Shown: positions 25,701 through 38,545 of the stretch, one piece after another
Numbering within the stretch: the first letter of the stretch is position 1
Layout: the number at the start of each line of letters is the position of its first letter
Assembly (NCBI RefSeq): GCF_036365525.1
Contig: NC_090399.1
Location: 49,632,430-49,696,429 of the forward strand
Origin: Heterodontus francisci
Lineage: Eukaryota
DNA length: 64,000 bases
Direction: 5' to 3'
Made by a program: the position numbers and the translations under genes
The notes under the pieces: model-generated
What the model was told of the DNA's origin: nothing
Seen by the model: only the letters and a program-made list of their open reading frames with translations
Databases searched by the model: none

Positions 25701-28700
25701 AAAAGCTACCCCCAAGATGCTTAGTTTCAGCTTTCCCTCCAGATATTTACATTCTCTCCAATAATTCTTAACTTTTCCATAAATCTCAAGCCCACTTAAG
25801 ATTTACAGGCCCTGCCAAAATCTGCTCAGGCTCTTCCCATTTCATAGAAAGATACAGCACTGAAACAGGCCCTTCGGCCCAGCGAGTCTGTGCCGACCAA
25901 CAACCACCCATTTATACTAATCCTACATTAATCCCATATTCCCTACCACATCCTCCTACCACCTACCTACACTAGGGGCGATTTACAATGGACAATTTAC
26001 CTATCAACCTGCAAGTCATTGGCTGTGGAAGGAAACCAGAGCACCTGGCAGAAACCCACACAGTCACAGCGAGAACTTGCAAGCTCCACACAGGCAGTAC
26101 CCAGAACCAAACCTAGGTTGCTGGAGCTGTGAGGCTGCGGTGCTAACCACTGCACCGCTGTGCCGCCCAACAGACTTCCCGACAGACTCTTTAACTTGAT
26201 ACAGAAAATCTTTTGTCATCAGAGATGCGAACTCTTCCCATGAGCGTCCAAGAACTTCTCTCCATTAGGACTTTCCTTCTCTCATACACTCTCTCTCCCT
26301 CTGTATCTCCCACACTCCACCATCCCCCCACCAACTTTCATGCCTTACTTAATTCATTTATCTATATTACAATCCTGCTCGTATTGTTGACTGTCCATGC
26401 AGATGTCAGCTTCATTATTTGCCTAGAGAGTGTTTCTGAATGCAGGATTTCCTCAATTGTCCTGTTTCCTCACTTATTTACCAGCACCCTCCACAAATGT
26501 TCTGTTACCAAACATCATGGATCCCAAGAGTCCGGCTTACATCAAATATCCTCAAGATCCCTGAATGGCTCCATTACTAAATTCCCTATGTGAAACCCGT
26601 CATGCAATTCCTCTTTGTGTTGAGTCAAATAAACTGACCCAATATAAAGGCCAAGACAGTGTAAGTTGCCTGAGTAGCCCTGGGCTGGGGTCTCCAGGAT
26701 AAACCAGGGTTCTTTATCCTGGTCACTATCAAGTGACTGTTGGAATGGGAGAATGAAGTTGCGCATAACTGCCATTTCACCTACAGCCCAGAAGTACACT
26801 GGGTCAAACAGTCACTTAGAGTCAAACATGAAGATCTGTTGATGAGACAAGAATGTGATGAATATTCACTTCCACGTTGTCTGCAGAATTATATTATAAT
26901 CACATGAAAATATGGTGTCCTTAAAAACAGAAGCCGTTACCCCTTAACTTTGACATAATCAACTAATCTCATTGATCATTTCAGGTGCCTACAAAAACAT
27001 GTACTGTTCTGGTTTGTAAAGTGTCACCTTGAGAAAAGTGATGTTGTCTTTCTGGTCAATAACAGCTTGAAGGTTTGATATGTCCTCTTCAAGGGAACTT
27101 AATTCTTCGTCAACCGTTGCCAAGTTCATCTCCATTGATTGAAAATCTTCCTCTCGTTGCTTCCTGAGTTCTTCAATTAAATTTTTTTTTTTGTCTTCAA
27201 GATATTGATGAATTTGGTCAAATTGTTCAGCGATGTGTCGCTCCAGAGATCCTGTGAGTTCCTAAGTTGGTGAGAGATAACATAAGAGGTGGGTTGCATA
27301 AGAGTTACATGGACATTGCTGTTGGATGGTAGTGTTAAACTGGTGGCATCCCATCAGCCACCTGTTGATATTCACTTCTATTGAAGATAATGGAAATGGA
27401 CATTAAGTGTAATAGGCAGCCGAAACACTGCTGCCCATTTAGAACTACAGCACAAGCTGGGTTTTCCCCAGCGGTGTTTAAAAGTAAGACTGATAGGACT
27501 TACATCCAGTTCTGAAATCTTCTCCTCCTGCTGACGTTTCAACTCACTTTTACTTTTCTTTCTGTCCTCCATAGAATCTAAGGAGGATTTCAGCTGGTCC
27601 TGAAAATAGAAACAGGTCTTGTCAAAACTCGTGATTTTTAAAAATTTGATGTTTTTTGTTGTCTTGAATGGTTGGAGTTTAGGAAGGAAGCAATGCATTC
27701 TAGTAATCACGAGTAATCCAGAGCCCAAGCTAATGTCCTGGGGACATGGGTTCAAATCGCACCATGGCAGCTGGTGGGATTTAAATTCAATTAATTAATA
27801 CAATTCAATTAATCAAATTCAATCAATCAGGAAAAATCTGGAATTGAAAGCTAGTCTCAGTAATAGTGCCATGTAACTATCATTGATTGTCCTGAAAGCC
27901 CAACTGGTTCGCTAATGTCCTTTAGGGACGGAAATCTGCTGTACTTACCTGGTCTGGCCTACATGTGACTCCAGACGCACAGCAATGTAGTGACTCTTAA
28001 ATGCCCTCTGAAATGGACGAACAAGCCACTCAGTTCTCAAGGGCAATTAGGGATGGGCAACAAATGCTGGAACCCACATCCCATGAAACAGTAAAAAAAA
28101 ATTCAGTCAGCTTCAAACTCAAAGACAAGAGACACAATGTGTCATTAGCAAGCAATGATGTTAATCAAGAAACTGGTTAACATAAAGGTGCTTTCACAGC
28201 CAGAATAGAGGTAACAGAAAGACTTGCATTTATATACTGTCTTCCATGGCCACAGGATGTCCCTAAGCACTTTACAGCCAATGAAGTACATTTGGAGTGT
28301 AGTCACTGTTGTAATGTAGGAAACACAGCAGCCAACTTGCACACAGCAAGATCCCACAAACAGCAATGTGATAATGACAGATAATCAGTTTCTGTGATGT
28401 CGATCGAGGGATAAATATTGTTCAGGATCCCGGGGATATCTCCACTGATCTACTTCAAAGGAGTACCAGAGAATCTTATAGCCACATCTGAAAAGGCAAA
28501 CTGGGCCTTGGTTTAGCATTGCATCTGAAAGACAGCATCTCCATCTGTGCAGCACTCCCTCAGTACTGCACTGGGGCATCAACCTTGATATGTATGCTTT
28601 AGTCTGGAAGTGGGATTGGAACTCACAACCTTCTGACTCAGAGGCCTGAGTGCCAGCAACTGAACCACAGATGATTAAGCAAGTGCTCAGATACTGCAGC

Positions 28701-31700
28701 AGTCCCTGTCCATATGCAACAAAACCTGGACAACATTCAGGCCTGGGCTGATAAGCCAAAAGTAACATTCACACCACACGGGTGTCAAGCAACGACGATC
28801 TACAATAAGAGAGAATTTAACCATCACCCATTGACATTCAACAGCATTACTATCGCTGAATCCCCCACTAGCAACATCTTAGGGGTTACCATTGACCAGA
28901 ACTGGAGCAGACACATAAATAGCGTGGCTACAAGAACAGGTCAGAGACTGAAAATTCTGTGGCGAATAACCCATCTCCTGACTTGTCAAAGCCTGTCCAC
29001 CATCTACAAGGCACAAGTCAGGAGTGTGATGGAATACTCTCCACTTGCCTGGATGGGTGCAGCTCCAACAACACTCAAGAAGCTCAACACCATCCAGGAT
29101 AAAGCAGCCCGCTTGATTGGCACCCCGTCTACAAACATTCACTCCCTCCACCACCGATACACAGTGGCAACAGTGTGTACCATCTACAAGATGCACTGCA
29201 ACAACTTACCACACTTCCTTCGACAGCACCTTCCAAACCTGTGACCTCTACCACCTAGAAGGACAAGGACAGCAAATGCATGGTAATACCACCACCTGCA
29301 ATTTCCCCTCCAAGTCACACACCATCCTGCCTTGGAACTATATCGCCGTTCCTTCACTGTCGCTGGGTCAAAATCCTGGAACTCCCTTCCTAACAGCACT
29401 GTGGGTATACCTACCCCACATGGACTGCAGCTGTTCAAGAAGCCAGCTCACCACCACCTTCTGAAGGGCAATTAGGGATGGGCAATAAATGCAGGCCTAG
29501 CCAGTGACACCACATCCCGTGAAAGAATAAAAAAAATCTCTTTATGTTGCTCGGTGGCAAATGTTGTTTGGTAATGGCTCCTGGAAAGTGCCCTGGGATG
29601 CTTTACTATGTTAAAGGCGTTATATAAATACAAGTTGTTGTTTTCCTTAATATGAGGTAAAGATGAAACAGATGCATGCTGTAGATGGCGATAACACAGA
29701 AAGGTGGATACATAGAAAGGGGCAAACAAAAAAACAGATCTACATGTGGATATAAAGACAAAGGAGATATGCACAGCTAAAAAGGCACACAATATAGCGA
29801 CAGACAAATCATTAAGCTACAGTCTAGCCCTTCATTTATTATAATGATCCTGAAAATCTGACCTTTAAGATTGTGGGCTGAATTTTATAAGCCCAAGGGC
29901 TGCACGCCAAAGAGTTGCTACAATTTCAAGTGCAGCGGCTCATTTAAATAGCCAGGTGGGCCGCCCCCATCTCGCCGATCACGTGGACAGGGCAGGCTAT
30001 CCGTCCCTGGCAATGGCATCAGTTGCCTGTGTGCAGGCACTGACGCCATTTTTAAAGAGTTGTTAGCCTGAGTGGCAAATTTAATGATATGAAAATAAAT
30101 GAAATGATATGAAAGAAAATAAATACACTTCTTTTGCCCCTCTCCCACTCCCCAATATCAATTAAATTAATTATTTGCCCTTTCTCCCCCAGAAAACACT
30201 TACCTTCACATATCTCCTGGCATACTCCCCACTCTACCATTACCAACATTCCAGGGGACCAACTAATAGTTCAATGAAGAGTGCAGGAGGGCACGCCAAG
30301 AGCAGCACCACGTATACCTCAAAATGAGATCGCAACCCAGTGAAGCTACAACCCAGCAGTTCTTGCATGTCAAACAGCATAAGCAGCATGTGATAGACAG
30401 AGCTAAGTGATCCCGTAACCAACGGATCAGATTTAAGCTCTGCAGTTCTGCCACATCCAGTCATGAATGGTAGTGGACAATAAAATAACTAACTGGAGAA
30501 GGTGGCTCCACAAATATCCACATCCTCAATGATGGGGGAGCCCAGCACATCAGTGCAAAAGATAAGGCTGAAGCATTTGCAACAATCTTCAGCCAGAAGT
30601 GCCGAGTTGATGATTCATCTTGGCCTCATCCTGAAGTCCCCAGCATAACAGATGCCAGTCTTCAGCCAATTCAATTCACTCTGCATGATATTAAGAAATG
30701 ACTCAAGGCACTGGATACTGCAAAGGCTATGGGCCCTGACAATATTCTGGTAATAATACTGAAGACCTGTGCTCCAGAACTTGCTGCGCCCCTAGCCAAG
30801 CTGTTCCAGTACAGCTACAACACTGGCATCTACCCAGCAATGTGGAAAATTGCCCAGGTATGTCCTGTACACAAAAAGCAGAACAAATCCAAACTGGCCA
30901 ATTACCGCCCCATCAGTCTGCTCTCAATCATCAGTAAAGTGATGGAAGGTGTCCTCAACAGTGCCATCAAGCGGCACTTGCTTAGCAATAACCTGCTCAG
31001 TGACACTCAGTTTGGGTTCCACCAGAGCCATTCAGCTCATTAAAGCCTTGGTTCAAACATGGACAAAAGAGCTGAACTCAAGAGGTGAGGCGAGAGTGAC
31101 TGCCCTTGACATCAAGGCAGCATTTGACCGAGTATGGCATCAAGGAACTCTAGAAAAACTGGAGTCAATGGGAATCAAAGGAAAATCTCTCTGCTGGTTG
31201 GAGTCATACATAGTGCAAAGGAAGATGATTGTGGTTGTTGGAGGTCAATCATCTGAGCTCCAGGACATCACTGCAGGAGTTCCTCAGCGTAGTGTCCGAG
31301 GCCCAATCATCTTCATCTGCTTCATCAATGACCGCCCTTCAATCATAAGTTCAGAAGTGGGGATGTTCGCTGATGATTACACAATGTTCAGCATCATTCA
31401 CAACTCCTCAAATACTGAAGCAGAAGTAGAAATGCAGCAAGACCTGGACAAGATCCAGGCTTGGGCTGTTAAGTGGCAAGTAACATTCACGCCACACAAG
31501 TGCCAGGCAATGACCATCTCCAACAAGAGAGAATCTAACCATCTCCCCTTGGCATTCAATGGCATTACAATTGTTGAATCCCCCACTATCAACATCCTAG
31601 GGGCTACCATTGACCAGAAACTGAACTGGAGTAGCCATATAAATACTGTGGCTACAATAGCAGGTCAGAGGCTAGGAATCCTGCAGCAAGTAATTCACCT

Positions 31701-34037
31701 CCCGACTCCCCAAAGCCTGTCCACCATCTACAAGGCACAAGTGAGGATTGTGATGGAATACTCTCCACTTGCCTGGTGCAGCTCCAAAAACACTCAAGAA
31801 ACTCAACAACAGCCAGGATAAAGCAGCCTGCTTGATTGGCACCCCATTCACAACATTCACTCTCTCCACCACTGACGCACAGTGGCAGCGGTGTTTACCA
31901 TTGACAAGATGCACTGTAGCAATGCACCAAGGCTCCTTAGTCAGCACCTTCCAAACCTGCAACCTCTACCAACTAGAAAGACCAGGGCAGCAGCAAATGC
32001 ATGGGAACACCACAACCTGCAAGTTCCCCTCCAAGTCACACACCATCCTGATTTGGAACTATATTGCTGTTCCTTCACTGTCGCTGAGTCAAAATCCTGG
32101 AACTCACCTTCCTAACAGCACTGTGGGTGTAACTACCTCACATGGACTGCAGTGGTTCAAGGCAGCTCACCACCACCTTCTCAAGGATAACTAGGGATGG
32201 GCAATAAATGGTGTCCTGGCCAGTAACGCCCACATCCCATGAATGTTTAGTTTAGTTTAGAGATACAGCACTGAAACAGGCGGCTGTGCCGACCATCAAC
32301 CACCCATTTATACTAATCCTACACTAATTCCATATTCCTAGCACATCCCGACCTGTCCCTATATTTCCCTACCACCTACCTATACTAGGGGCAATTTATA
32401 ATGGCCAATTGACCTATCAACCTGCAAGTCTTTTGGCATGTGGGAGGAAACCGGAGCACCCGGAGAAAACCCACGCAGACACAGGGAGAACTTGCAAACT
32501 CCACACAGGCAGTACCCAGAATTGAACCCGGGTCGCTGGAGCTGTGAGGCTGCAGTGCTAACCACTGTGCCACTGTGCCGCCTGTAAAATGAATGAAAAA
32601 AAAAATGTAGTTATGCAGTAAGATTTAGGGTACTGTAGGAAGCGAACAAATTAATCTGGTGGGAGAATGAAGTGTTTTGTCTGGAATTTTTCAGTTCCCA
32701 TTTCAAGGTCACTACTTCCTTATTTTTACACAGTACTTTGACTTTATATTTTAATGGTTTGATTTTACTTCACAGAAGCACAAAATAATGCAGTACATTT
32801 GTGGTTGAAGAGTAGAGTAAATGTGAATGCTTTATTTTTGGTAAACAAGCCCCTGATATAACAACAATCGCAGGTTTTTCAGTGCAGAAAGATCACGGGG
32901 AACATAAGAACATAAGAAATTGGATCAGGAGGAGGCCATTCAGCCCCTCAAGCCTGCCCTGCCATTCAATAAAGCTCATGGCTGATCGGTCCCAGTCCTC
33001 AACATCTCTTTTAGGCTTGCTCTGCCTAACCATCGACTCCCCGAGATTTCAAAAATCTTTCTACCTCCTCCTTAAATACATTTACTCATCAGCTGGGACA
33101 CCTAAAGGTTAGAGTGAAACAGTAATGCCCTTCTGCGCCTGCAAATTACTGTCCATTCCTGATGGCTATCCTTGTCTAGTTTGGCCACATGTTCAAGTGG
33201 TTTACTGGGCTGTGGCCGCTGTTCCATGCTAACAGTTGCTTGGAGCCGCAGGTACAGCTGGGTGACGATGAGGACCAATAGAGGACGAGCCACTCCAAGG
33301 AGTGCAGCCTTCCCACCTGTGAGAGGTGCTACCCTTGGCGAATTGGGGTTTATCTCCCCTGGCATGCAAAGACTGATTCTGGTGGGTTGGACAGATGAGC
33401 CCAATAATTGGCCTTTATAGCCACTCCAGGCACTGCTTCAAAAACCACTGACCACCTCCAGGCGCTTACCCATTGTCTCTCGAGACAAGGAGACCAAAGA
33501 AGAAGAAGAAGACTGCTGGGGAATCAGTCTACTGAGTAAAGAGTAAATACAACTAGGAACTACTCCACTTCTGAAGAACCCTCACAAACAGCCCACAGGG
33601 CCTGAAGCACTTCGCTTTCTCAGTACCTTATACTTTCTCACTGCATCTGGGAGTGGCAGGAAGCTGTGCGCTGAATGTGCAGGTGAATCTCTGCAAATGA
33701 CACAGATCAGAGTCTGATCCTCCAGGCAGAAGAGTTTCAGCTTCTCATCGTGTTCCTCACAGTGAGACCGGTCCTGCGGCTCCGGGTTCAGCTCCAGCTG
33801 CCAAGCTTTCTCCGAGAGATTCTTCAACACCCTGTTACTTTCATACCACTTCCGGGAGAAAACTGCGCGACATTCCGGGCAAGACACGTCGCCCCGCTGG
33901 TTTTCCCAACACTTCCGAATACAGGATTCACAGAAGTTGTGATCACACTTCAGTCTCACCGGCTCCACGAACAGAGACAGGCAAATGGAGCAGGTTAAAT
34001 CCTCGGCCAGGGTTAAGAACTGTTTACTGGCAGCCAT
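22219..34037 (-). CDS. Tripartite-motif protein, class IV (RING-Bbox2-coiled coil-PRY/SPRY), TRIM35/39/A33-like E3 ligase; 6 coding exons, 523 aa
   Basis: Exons 34037-33627 (411 nt), 27599-27504 (96), 27261-27028 (234), 23772-23750 (23), 23660-23386 (275), 22751-22219 (533). All introns GT-AG with consistent phases and no stops. The 96/~231/23 nt exon pattern is typical of TRIM genes. Confidence 0.93.
23386..23660 (-). CDS. TRIM exon 5: linker with Asp/Glu-rich insertion
   Basis: cag|A TGT...; ends LGIFRGPLLYAVWKEMKEIISP G|gtgaga. Confidence 0.9.
23750..23772 (-). CDS. TRIM exon 4 (23 nt micro-exon)
   Basis: atacag|GAAATGAAAGGATTACCAGAAAG|gtgcgt; restores phase between exons 3 and 5. Confidence 0.85.
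23985..24920 (+). mobile_element. Old CR1 LINE fragment in TRIM intron 3
   Basis: SQHGFV...SCLT...IYMDCQKAFNKVPH, followed by a CR1 3' UTR. Confidence 0.8.
25844..26168 (-). mobile_element. HE1-type V-SINE
   Basis: Colinear with 19364-19722. Confidence 0.9.
27028..27261 (-). CDS. TRIM exon 3: coiled coil
   Basis: ttag|ELTGSLERHIAEQFDQIHQYLEDKKKNLIEELRKQ...DNITFLK|gtgaca; 234 nt, open frame. Confidence 0.92.
27504..27599 (-). CDS. TRIM exon 2: coiled coil (96 nt)
   Basis: tttcag|DQLKSSLDSMEDRKKSKSELKRQQEEKISELD|gtaagt. Confidence 0.93.
27700..28100 (+). mobile_element. tRNA-derived SINE sharing its 3' tail with the CR1/L2-group LINE
   Basis: B-box-like GGTTCAAATC; tail AAGGGCAATTAGGGATGGGCAA matches the LINE tails at ~29465 and ~32185. 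Confidence 0.75.
28210..28670 (-). mobile_element. Deu-domain SINE (SacSINE/AmnSINE-related)
   Basis: Reverse complement contains CAGTGCAGTACTGAGGGAGTGCTGCAC...TCTTTCAGATG and the tail TATAAATGCAAGTCTTTCT. Confidence 0.75.
28695..29535 (+). mobile_element. CR1/L2-group LINE 3' fragment
   Basis: ORF 28714-29244 MQQNLDNIQAWA...MEYSPLAWMG; tail GGCAATTAGGGATGGGCAATAAA. Confidence 0.88.
30230..32245 (+). mobile_element. CR1/L2-group LINE, 5'-truncated
   Basis: ORFs 30729-31821 with GPDNIL, NYRPISLLS, ALDIKAAFDRVWH and FADDYT. Confidence 0.92.
32246..32582 (-). mobile_element. HE1-type V-SINE
   Basis: Colinear with the other copies; (TTTAG)n tail on +. Confidence 0.9.
33100..33511 (+). mobile_element. 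Short RTE-tailed non-autonomous element
   Basis: 33404-33511 is nearly identical to the RTE 3' end (52871-52971) including (GAA)n. The upstream ~300 bp does not match the adjacent RTE ORF. Confidence 0.65.
33627..34037 (-). CDS. TRIM exon 1: C3HC4 RING and B-box2
   Basis: MAASK...CSIC...CDHNFCESC...CPEC; CEEH...CLED...CVIC...HSAH; ends YK|gtactg. Confidence 0.95.
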
Positions 34038-34066
34038 GTTCACACCCTCTTACTGTGCAATCCACA

Positions 34067-34082
34067 TTTTCACTTTCATTTC
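34067..34082 (-). promoter_or_regulatory. ISRE/IRF-binding element
   Basis: GAAATGAAAGTGAAAA (three GAAA half-sites) 30-45 bp upstream of the TRIM ATG. Confidence 0.65.
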
Positions 34083-34467
34083 TTCATTGATTGCAGTTCG
34101 AAGAGCAAATGGTTAATAAGATATCGGCGGCTTTTAGATCGAAAACAGAAGTAATTGAAAGTCACTATCTTACTGGAGCAGGGAATGGGGAAACTACTCC
34201 CAGTTTATGAACAGGATGGAGGTGTTGTGACAGAAACTGCTCATTATCTTTAATAGTGTTACATTTGTGGAGCAAAGATTAAAGATTTGCTTCTAAAACG
34301 TTATTTGTTCATGTAAAATAAACCTTGAAAAAGGCATGCTGCTAATTCAGAACAACTTGAAACACAAGTTTACTTTCAGAATTTTGACTTTAAACTGGTA
34401 ACTAAAAGTTATTATTGAATCTGCTTCCAGCACACTTTCAGGCAGTACATTCCAGATCATCATAAGT

Positions 34468-34812
34468 GGGCGGCACAGTGGTTAGCACCGCAGCCTCACA
34501 GCTCTAGGGACCCGGGTTCGATTCCGGGTACTGCCTGTGTGGAGTTTGCAAGTTCTCCCTGTGTCTGCGTGGGTTTTCTCCAGGTGCTCCGGTTTCCTCC
34601 CACAAGCCAAAAGATTTGTAGGTTGATAGGTAAATTGGCCATTATAAATTGTCACTAGTATAGGTAGGTGGTAGGGAAATATAGGGACAGGTGGGGATGT
34701 GGTAGGAATATGGGATTAGTGTAGGATTAGTATAAATGGGTGGTCGATGTTCAGCACAGACTCGGTGGGCCGAAGGGCCTGTTTCAGTGCTGTATCTCTA
34801 ATCTAATCTAAA
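34468..34812 (+). mobile_element. HE1-type V-SINE
   Basis: GGGCGGCACAGTGGTTAGC...GGTTCGATTCC, V domain, (TCTAA)n tail. Confidence 0.92.
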
Positions 34813-35271
34813 ACTCTCTCCACAGATACTGCCAGACCTGCCAGTATTTCCAGCATTTTCTGTTTATATTTCAGATTTCCAGCATCCGCAGTATTTTGCT
34901 TCTATCTCACCTCACCACTGGCTTTCTTGCCAATTATTTTAATCTCTGCCCTCTGGTTGCCGACCCTTCTGCCAGTGGAAACAATTTAACTTTATTTAAT
35001 GTATCAACACCCTTCATGACTTTGAACTCTTCAATTCGACCTCCCCTTTTAACTCTTCAGCTCCAAAGAGAACAATTCCAGCTTCTCTCGTCTCTCTGCA
35101 TAATTCAAGTCGCTGGTGCCGCTCCAGTAAATTGCCTCTGCCTGTTCTCCAAAGTCTTGACGTTTAAAAGATTGGAAAAATGCAATTAAGATAAATAATA
35201 GCTGTCACCAGCTGATGTGGGAATAGATGGGTGCAGATGGATGAGGCGAGACAGAGCAGCAGGGGTAATGC

Positions 35272-35288
35272 GGCCACTAGAGGGCGAC
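35272..35288 (+). promoter_or_regulatory. Candidate CTCF site
   Basis: GGCCACTAGAGGGCGAC matches the core consensus CCASYAGRKGGCR; lies in non-repeat intergenic DNA. Confidence 0.6.
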
Positions 35289-36079
35289 CACATCACTTTC
35301 ATTGGGCAAGATTCCCATCCCAGAAAACGCGTCCGTTTATCTTGTTCTCTTAGGTCTTCCTGCATACACTAGAGTCTACTGACTACAGTATTAATTATGC
35401 AGCAGCTAGAGATCTCAGAACAGGTCGTGGAGTTCGATGGGCAGACAGCAGACCAAAGTTATACTGTAGATTGCACTGAAGATAGCAAGGGAATGATGTT
35501 TGTGAACAAAAGGCATTCCATAAGGTGCCATACAGGAGATTGTTGCCCAAGATTAGGGCTCATGAGTTTACTATTGGTTCCTTCATTGCACCCCTGTAAG
35601 GTAGGCATATCTTTCTAGGAAAGGGATCAAAACTGTACACAGCACTCCAGGTGTGGACTCTCCATAGCCCGACATAATTGCAGTAAGACTTCTTTACACT
35701 CATACTCCAACTTGCTTCAAATAAATATAGATTGCAAGACAGTGGGAGGGAAAGGATAATTTTTGGGATCATAGGGTCTCATCTCATCTCATTCTCATTC
35801 TGCACAGGCTGGGATTGGGGTCTGGGATCTTCCTGTGCCCTGTGTGTGGGGCTCTGTACTGGTGATAAACATCTCATTCTGCACAGACTGGAAATCACAG
35901 AATAATACAGTACAGAAGAGGCCCTTCGGCCCATCGAGTCTGCACCAATGCATTAAAGACACCTGACCTGTCTACCTAATCCCATTTGCCAGCACTTGGC
36001 CCATGGCCTTGACTGTTATGACGTGCCAAGTGCTCATCCAGGTACTTTTTACCTGGTCACTCCCTAGGTCTAACTTAGT

Positions 36080-38545
36080 GGGGTCTTGCAAGGATCAGTG
36101 CATGAGCCTCAGCTACTTACAATCTGTATTAATGACTTAGATGAGGGCACGAAGTGCAATATATCCAAGTTTGCTAATGATAGAAAGTTAGGTGGGAAAG
36201 TAAACTGCAAAGAGGCTGCAAAGGAATACACACAGGTCTAAATGACTGTGCAAGAAGGTGGAAAATAGAGTATAATGTGGGGAAGTGTGAAATTATCCAC
36301 TTTGCTAGGAAGAATAGAAAAGCTGGAATCTTTGAGCAAATGCTGATATTCAGAGGGATGTGGGAGTCCTTGTACATGAATCTCAGAAAGTTAACATGCA
36401 GGGGCATCAAGCAATTAAAACAAAAGGTTTGTTAGCCTTTACTGAAAGTGAGTTGGAGTGTAAGAATGAAGAAGGCTCACTGCAATTATGTAGGGCTATG
36501 GTGAGACCACATCTGGAGTTCTGTGTACAGTTTTGATCTCCTTACCCAGGAAGGATATGCTTGCCTTACAGGGAGTGCAATGCAGATTCATTAGATTCTT
36601 TCCTGACATGAGAGGATTTCCTAAGAGGCAAATGTGAGTAAAATCCACAAATATTCTCTGGACTTTAGAAGAATGAGAGATGATCTTATTGAAATGTATT
36701 AAATTTTTTGCATAATTAATGGGGTAGATGCTGAGAGGCTGTTTCCTCTGGCTGGAGACATTAGAACTGAGGGCAGGGTGGGGGTCATAGCCTCAGGAAA
36801 AGGGGTCAGTCATTTAGAAATTTCTTCACTTAGGGTTGTGAGTCTTCAGAATTGTTCATCGCAGAGAGCTGTGGATGCTCAGTTGATGAGTATAGTCAAG
36901 ACTCGGGAGAATGAGGAATTGAAGGAAATTAGTATTAGTAAGAAGGCATTTGGAGAAATTGATAAGTCCCCAGGACCTGATATTCCACATCCCAGAGTGT
37001 TGGAAGAGGTAGCTATAGAGATAGTGGATGCATTGGTGATCATCTTCCAAAATTCTATAGATGCTGGAGGGGTTCCTGCAGATTGGAAGGTAGCAAATAT
37101 CATCCCACTATTTAAGAAGGGAGGACGAGAGAAAACAGGGAATTACAGACCTGTTAGCCTTACATCAGTCATTGAGAAAATGCGAGATTCTGTTCTAAAG
37201 GATGTGATAAATGGACACTTGGATAATTATGATCTGATTGGGCATAGTCAACATGGATTTATGAATGGGAAATCATGTTTAATAAAACTGTTGGAGGTTT
37301 TTGAGGATGTTACGAATAGAATTGATAAAGGGAAGTCAGTGGACATGGTATACTTGGATTTTCAGAAGGTTTTTGATAAAGTCCCCCATAGGAGGTTGGT
37401 TAGCAAAATTAAAGCACATGGGATTGGAGGTAATATATTGGCATGGATTAAGGATTGGTTAACAGGCAGAAAGCATAGAGTAGGAATAAATGGGTCATTC
37501 TCGCATTGGCAGACTGTGACCAGTGGGGTACCGCAGGGATCAATGCTTGGGCCCCAGCTGTTCACAATATACATCAATGATTTGGACCAAATGTATAATT
37601 TCCAAGTTCATGGATGACACAAAACTAGGTGGGAATGTATTTAGTGAGGAAGATGCAAAGTAGCTTCAAGTGGATTTGGACAGACTTAGTGAGCGGGCAA
37701 GAATGTGGCAGATGGAATATAATGTGGAAAAATGTGAGGTCATCCACTTTGGTAGGAGGAATAGATGTGCAGAGTATTTCTTAAATGGTACGAGATTCGA
37801 AAGTGTAGATATACAAAGGGACCTGGGTGTCCTTGTCAATAAGTCACTGAAAGCTAACATGCAGGTGCAGCAAGCAATTAAGAAGGCTAATGGTATGTTA
37901 GTCTTTGTCACAAGAGGATTTGAGTACAGGAGTAGTGAAATCTTGCTTCAATTGTATAGAGCCTTGGTTAGACCACACCTGGAATACTGTGTGCAGTTTT
38001 AGGAAGGATATTATTGCCATAGAGGGAGTGCAACGAAGGTTCACAAGACTTGTTCCCGGGATGTTGGGACTGTCCAATGAAGAGAGATTGGGGAAACTGG
38101 GCCTGTATTCTCTCAAGTTTCAAAGAATGAGGTGATCTCATTGAAACCCACAAAATACTTAAGGGATAGACAGGGTAGATGCAGGTAAGATGTTTTCCCT
38201 GGTTGGAGAGTCTAGAACCAGGGGACACAATTTCAAAATAAGAGGGAATCACTTAGGACAGAGATGAGGAGAAATTTCTTTACTCAGAGGGTTGTGAATC
38301 TTTGGAATTCTCTACCCCAGAGGGCTGTGGAAGCTCAGTCATTGAGTATGTTTAAAGCAGAGACTGACAGATTTCTAAATACCAATAACATAAAGGGATA
38401 TGGGGAAAGTGTGGGAAAAAGGCATTGAAGTCATGATCATATTGAATGGCGGGGCAAGTTCGATGGGCTGAATGGCCTACTCCTGTTCCTATGCAAGACT
38501 GAGATTAACAGATTTTTGGGCTTAATAGAATCAAGAGATATGGGA
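36080..38545 (+). mobile_element. Nested CR1 LINEs: a younger copy (36904-38493) inserted in the 3' end of an older copy
   Basis: RT peptides in ORFs 36778-38002; 7 bp duplication CAAGACT at 36897-36903 and 38494-38500. Confidence 0.88.

Noticed and set aside
22219-34037. A specific TRIM symbol (TRIM35/39/69)
   Set aside because: Shark class IV TRIMs are lineage-expanded, so orthology cannot be determined by eye.
34468-34540. tRNA genes at SINE heads (also ~19650-19722 and other copies)
   Set aside because: These tRNA-derived A/B boxes continue into V-SINE bodies and are not standalone tRNAs.
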